This document shows positions 60,907-64,000 of a stretch of DNA of 64,000 nt, piece after piece. Within the stretch, counting starts at the first letter, position 1. The number at the start of each line of letters is the position of its first letter. The translations under genes and the position numbers were made by a program. Source of the stretch: Bugula neritina (lineage: Eukaryota > Animalia > Bryozoa). Below the pieces are notes generated by a model. The model did not search any database, was not told the DNA's origin, and worked only from the letters and a program-made list of their open reading frames with translations. The stretch covers positions 20,567,700 through 20,631,699 of the forward strand of contig OZ037768.1 in the NCBI GenBank assembly GCA_964035545.1, given 5' to 3'.

Positions 60907-63900
60907 AACCCCCGCCGTCCTGTCAAACCAGGACAGCACATGCGGGGGGGGGTGAAAGTACAACCACATGGAGAGAGCTATTTCCTACCCGGAAAGGTGG
61001 CCGGCAACGCTGTCACTTTCCTGCTCGACTCCGGTTGTACTACCAACCTTCTCAGCCGTAGAGTCTTTGAGGCACTGCCCCGCCGGGACAGGGATAGAGT
61101 ACGACCGTATACTGGAGAACATGGCATCCTGGCAGACGGGTCATGTATCCCCTTTTATGGTATTATCGAGCTCCCTGGGCGTGTCCGAGATCAGGCTGTA
61201 CAGGAGACCTTTATCATAGGTCAACTGGAGGAAGATGCTATCCTCGGCATGCCCTTCTTGAAGCAACACCAGTGCCGAATAGATTTTAGTAAGTCGGTGG
61301 TGCTGATGGGCGGGCGAGAACTCGCCTGTGTGGATAAGTTTGGGCGTCCTCTGGTGGGCGGTGTTCAGGTAGTTCGGAACTGCACCGTACCCGGACGCTC
61401 CAGAGCTACTATCCACTGCCGAGTGAACAGCAACCGGATAGCCAGGCTCGGGGTCGTTGAAAGCGCGCACGAAAAGATCCAACTCGCCAGTAGTTTAAAC
61501 CGACTAACTGAGCGAGGGGAGGTCTTAGTGCAGTGCGTCAACCCCTTTACCGAGCCCATTGAGCTCCCAGCTGGGTCAATGCTGGGCCGGTTCCATTCCG
61601 TCCAGGAAGAGGACGTGGGCCCGTCGCTGGGTGACGCGACGGAGGCACCCCCTCGACACCCTATTCAGGGACGAGGGGCAGTCCCGACACATCTCCGGGA
61701 GTTATACGAAACAGCCAGTGGCGGCTGCGCGAGTAACAGAGAACGCCAAGCTATGGCCAAGTTACTACGCGACTACGGTGATGTGTTCAGCAGCGGGGAG
61801 AATGACGTGGGACTGACTGGAATTGTCAGACACGAAATACCGCTGACTGCAGGGACAGTCCCTGTCCGGCAGCCCACGCGCAGGCTGGGGCCGGAGAAAG
61901 AGAAGGAGGTTAGCCGACAAGTACGGGATCTTCTGGACCGGGGACTGATAGAGCCCGCCCATAGTGCGTGGAGCTCGCCAGTCGTACTGGTCCGGAAGAA
62001 AGACGGCAGTTGGCGGTTCTGTGTGGACTACCGCAAACTCAATAGCGTAACCATACAGGACGCCTACCCTCTACCTCGTATTGACGAGTCATTGGACGCC
62101 CTAGCCGGCAGCAAGTACTTCAGTACGTTAGACTTGCTAAGCGGCTATTGGCAGGTTCCTCTGAGTCCCGACGCCCAAGAGAAAGCGGCGTTTATTACAC
62201 GGGACGGTTTGTGGAAGTGGAAGGTGCTGCCCTTCGGGTTAACCTCCGCCCCAGCCACCTTCCAGAGGCTGATGGAACAAGTCCTTAGCGGACTCCATTG
62301 GAAGACACTGCTGGTCTACCTCGATGATGTCATCGTAATCTCCCCAGACTTCGAGACACATGTCAGTCGTCTGCAGGAGGTTTTCGAGAGACTCCGAGGT
62401 GCCGGTCTTAAGCTCAAACCTTCCAAGTGCGCTCTGTTGCAGCCGGAGGTCAAGTACCTGGGGCACGTTGTCGGTCGAAACGGCGTGGCAACGGATCCCG
62501 AAAAGGTACGGGCAGTAGAAGACTGGGTCACCCCTCAAGACTTGACCGGACTCCGGGCTTTCTTGGGGCTGGTAGGGTATTACAGGCAATACATACCAGA
62601 CTTTGCGGGCATAGCCCAGCCGTTAAACCGGCTTACCGCAAAGGGAGTGACGTGGCAGTGGACTCCAGTCGAACAAGAAGCGTTCGACCGCCTCAAGGGC
62701 TGCCTCCTAACGGCGCCCATCTTGGCCTACCCAGACCCCACTCTGGAGTACATCCTAGACACAGACGCCAGTGACCAGAATGTTGGCGCTGTGCTGTCGC
62801 AAGTGCAGGAAGGCCGAGAAGTAGTAGTAGCCTACTACAGCAAGTCTCTCTCTCCCGCTGAACGAAATTACTGCACTACCCGCAAGGAGCTGCTGGCAGT
62901 AATCAAGTCAGTGAAGCACTTCAGACCATACCTATATGGCAGGAAGTTCCGGCTGCGTACGGATCATGCCTCGCTGATCTGGTTGTGCAGGAGAGCAGAG
63001 CCCTCCAGTCAGGTCGCCCGGTGGCTCGAAATCCTAGCTGAATTCTCGTACCGGATCGAACACCGACCGGGCAAGAGACACAGCAATGCAGATGGGTTGA
63101 GTCGCCGACCTGACGGAGGTTGCAAACAGTGTCTCAACATCGAGAGGAGGGATGGAGGTCCCCCACGATGCGAGTTGGAGACGCTGGCTCATCACGGAGC
63201 ACCGTTTGACTGGGATCAAGGTCAACTCAGGCAAAGAGTTGATGAGTCCCCGGAGGATGTGCAAAACCTCCGCGCCAACCCTGTACTGGCCGGTAATGTT
63301 CGAGAGCTGAAGAAGCTCCAAGAAGAGCTGCCGGGAGTCGTGGCAGACATCTACCGGGCCAAAAGGGAAGGGCGACGACCCAGCGAGGAACGCATACGAC
63401 AGGGATGCGCCGAGTTCCGGCTATACTGTCAGCGTTGGGACTCGCTGCGGATCGGGCAGGATGGGTTGCTAACCATCTCTCTAGCTGCCAGCGGCAGACA
63501 CCCGGAAAGGAAGAGGGTAGTCTGCCCCACAGCCATCCGCCGTGAGTTGATTTGGGATACTCACAAGCAGGCCCACGCAGGGGTCAAGCGAGTGATATCC
63601 AAATTACGACTCCGGTGGTATTGGCCGCAGATGGAGCGTGACGTCCGGCTCAGAGTCAAACAGTGTGAGATCTGCCAGGCCAGTAAGCATAGCCGCCCCC
63701 CTGGTGAAGCAGGACGGCGGAGGCTATATGCTGGTAGGCCCTGGCAAGTAGTCGCTGTAGACCTGGTCGGACCCATGCCCCTGACCCCCAGAGGCAATAA
63801 TTGGATCCTAGTACTAACCGACCACTTTACTAGGTGGGCGGATGCTCTGGCTATCCCAGATGCATCAGCCCCAACAGTGGCCAGGGCACTAGACCAACAT

Positions 63901-64000
63901 GTATTCTGTTATTTTGGGCTTCCCGAACAGATACACTCTGATCAAGGCGCTCAATTCCAGTCTCAACTGATGAGCGACCTTTGCCACCTCTGGGGAGTAA
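60907..64000 (+). CDS. pol: Pol polyprotein (protease, RT, RNase H, integrase), open to the window end
   Basis: FLLDSGC (about 61018), WRFCVDYRKLN, LPFGL..APATFQ, YLDD (62317), LDTDAS, HAG..CEIC zinc finger, AVDLVGP, IHSDQG. No stop seen in this frame after 60906, and none implied by the ORF track. Confidence 0.95.

Larger units (their letters stand above)
59447..64000 (+). mobile_element. Ty3/Gypsy LTR retrotransposon, truncated by the window edge
   Basis: 5' LTR, PBS, gag, then pol in PR-RT-RH-IN order; sharp GC increase relative to host DNA. Confidence 0.96.

Noticed and set aside
59779-63797. Antisense and alternate-frame ORFs within the Gypsy element
   Set aside because: Expected shadows of GC-rich coding sequence; no domains recognised.

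Overview
AT-rich, gene-dense eukaryotic (metazoan invertebrate; species not determinable here) DNA with short spliceosomal introns; nothing prokaryotic and no CRISPR. Nine intron-containing genes were reconstructed by hand from splice sites and translation: RMI2 (-), OSGIN-like flavoprotein (+), a mitochondrial creatine-kinase-like gene (-), RBM48 (-), GPD1 (-), a TAX1BP1/CALCOCO autophagy receptor (+), selenoprotein K (-, UGA-Sec plus SECIS candidate), CCDC34 (+) and an RBM5/RBM10-like splicing factor (-). The window also holds a decayed LINE, tRNA-derived SINEs, several MITE-like hairpins, many intronic tandem arrays, and a near-intact Ty3/Gypsy LTR element running off the right edge. Best leads: (1) the MtCK-like gene has an intact 8-exon ORF, keeps targeting, octamer and ATP-binding features, but has lost both catalytic residues (NEED->NERD, TCPSN->TSPAD), so it is a candidate pseudo-phosphagen-kinase; (2) the RBM5/10-like gene stops before the G-patch and carries a candidate 40-nt poison exon; (3) hexamer-periodic AGT/ACT tracts mark the 5' end of nearly every gene, and tandem arrays start right after splice donors; (4) a GC-AG intron with a competing out-of-frame GT in GPD1; (5) a FFAT-like motif in the CALCOCO protein; (6) a -1 frameshift signal and a single extra G in the Gypsy element. 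Gene identities come from recalled family motifs, not database searches; coordinates were counted by eye and may be off by a few bases.
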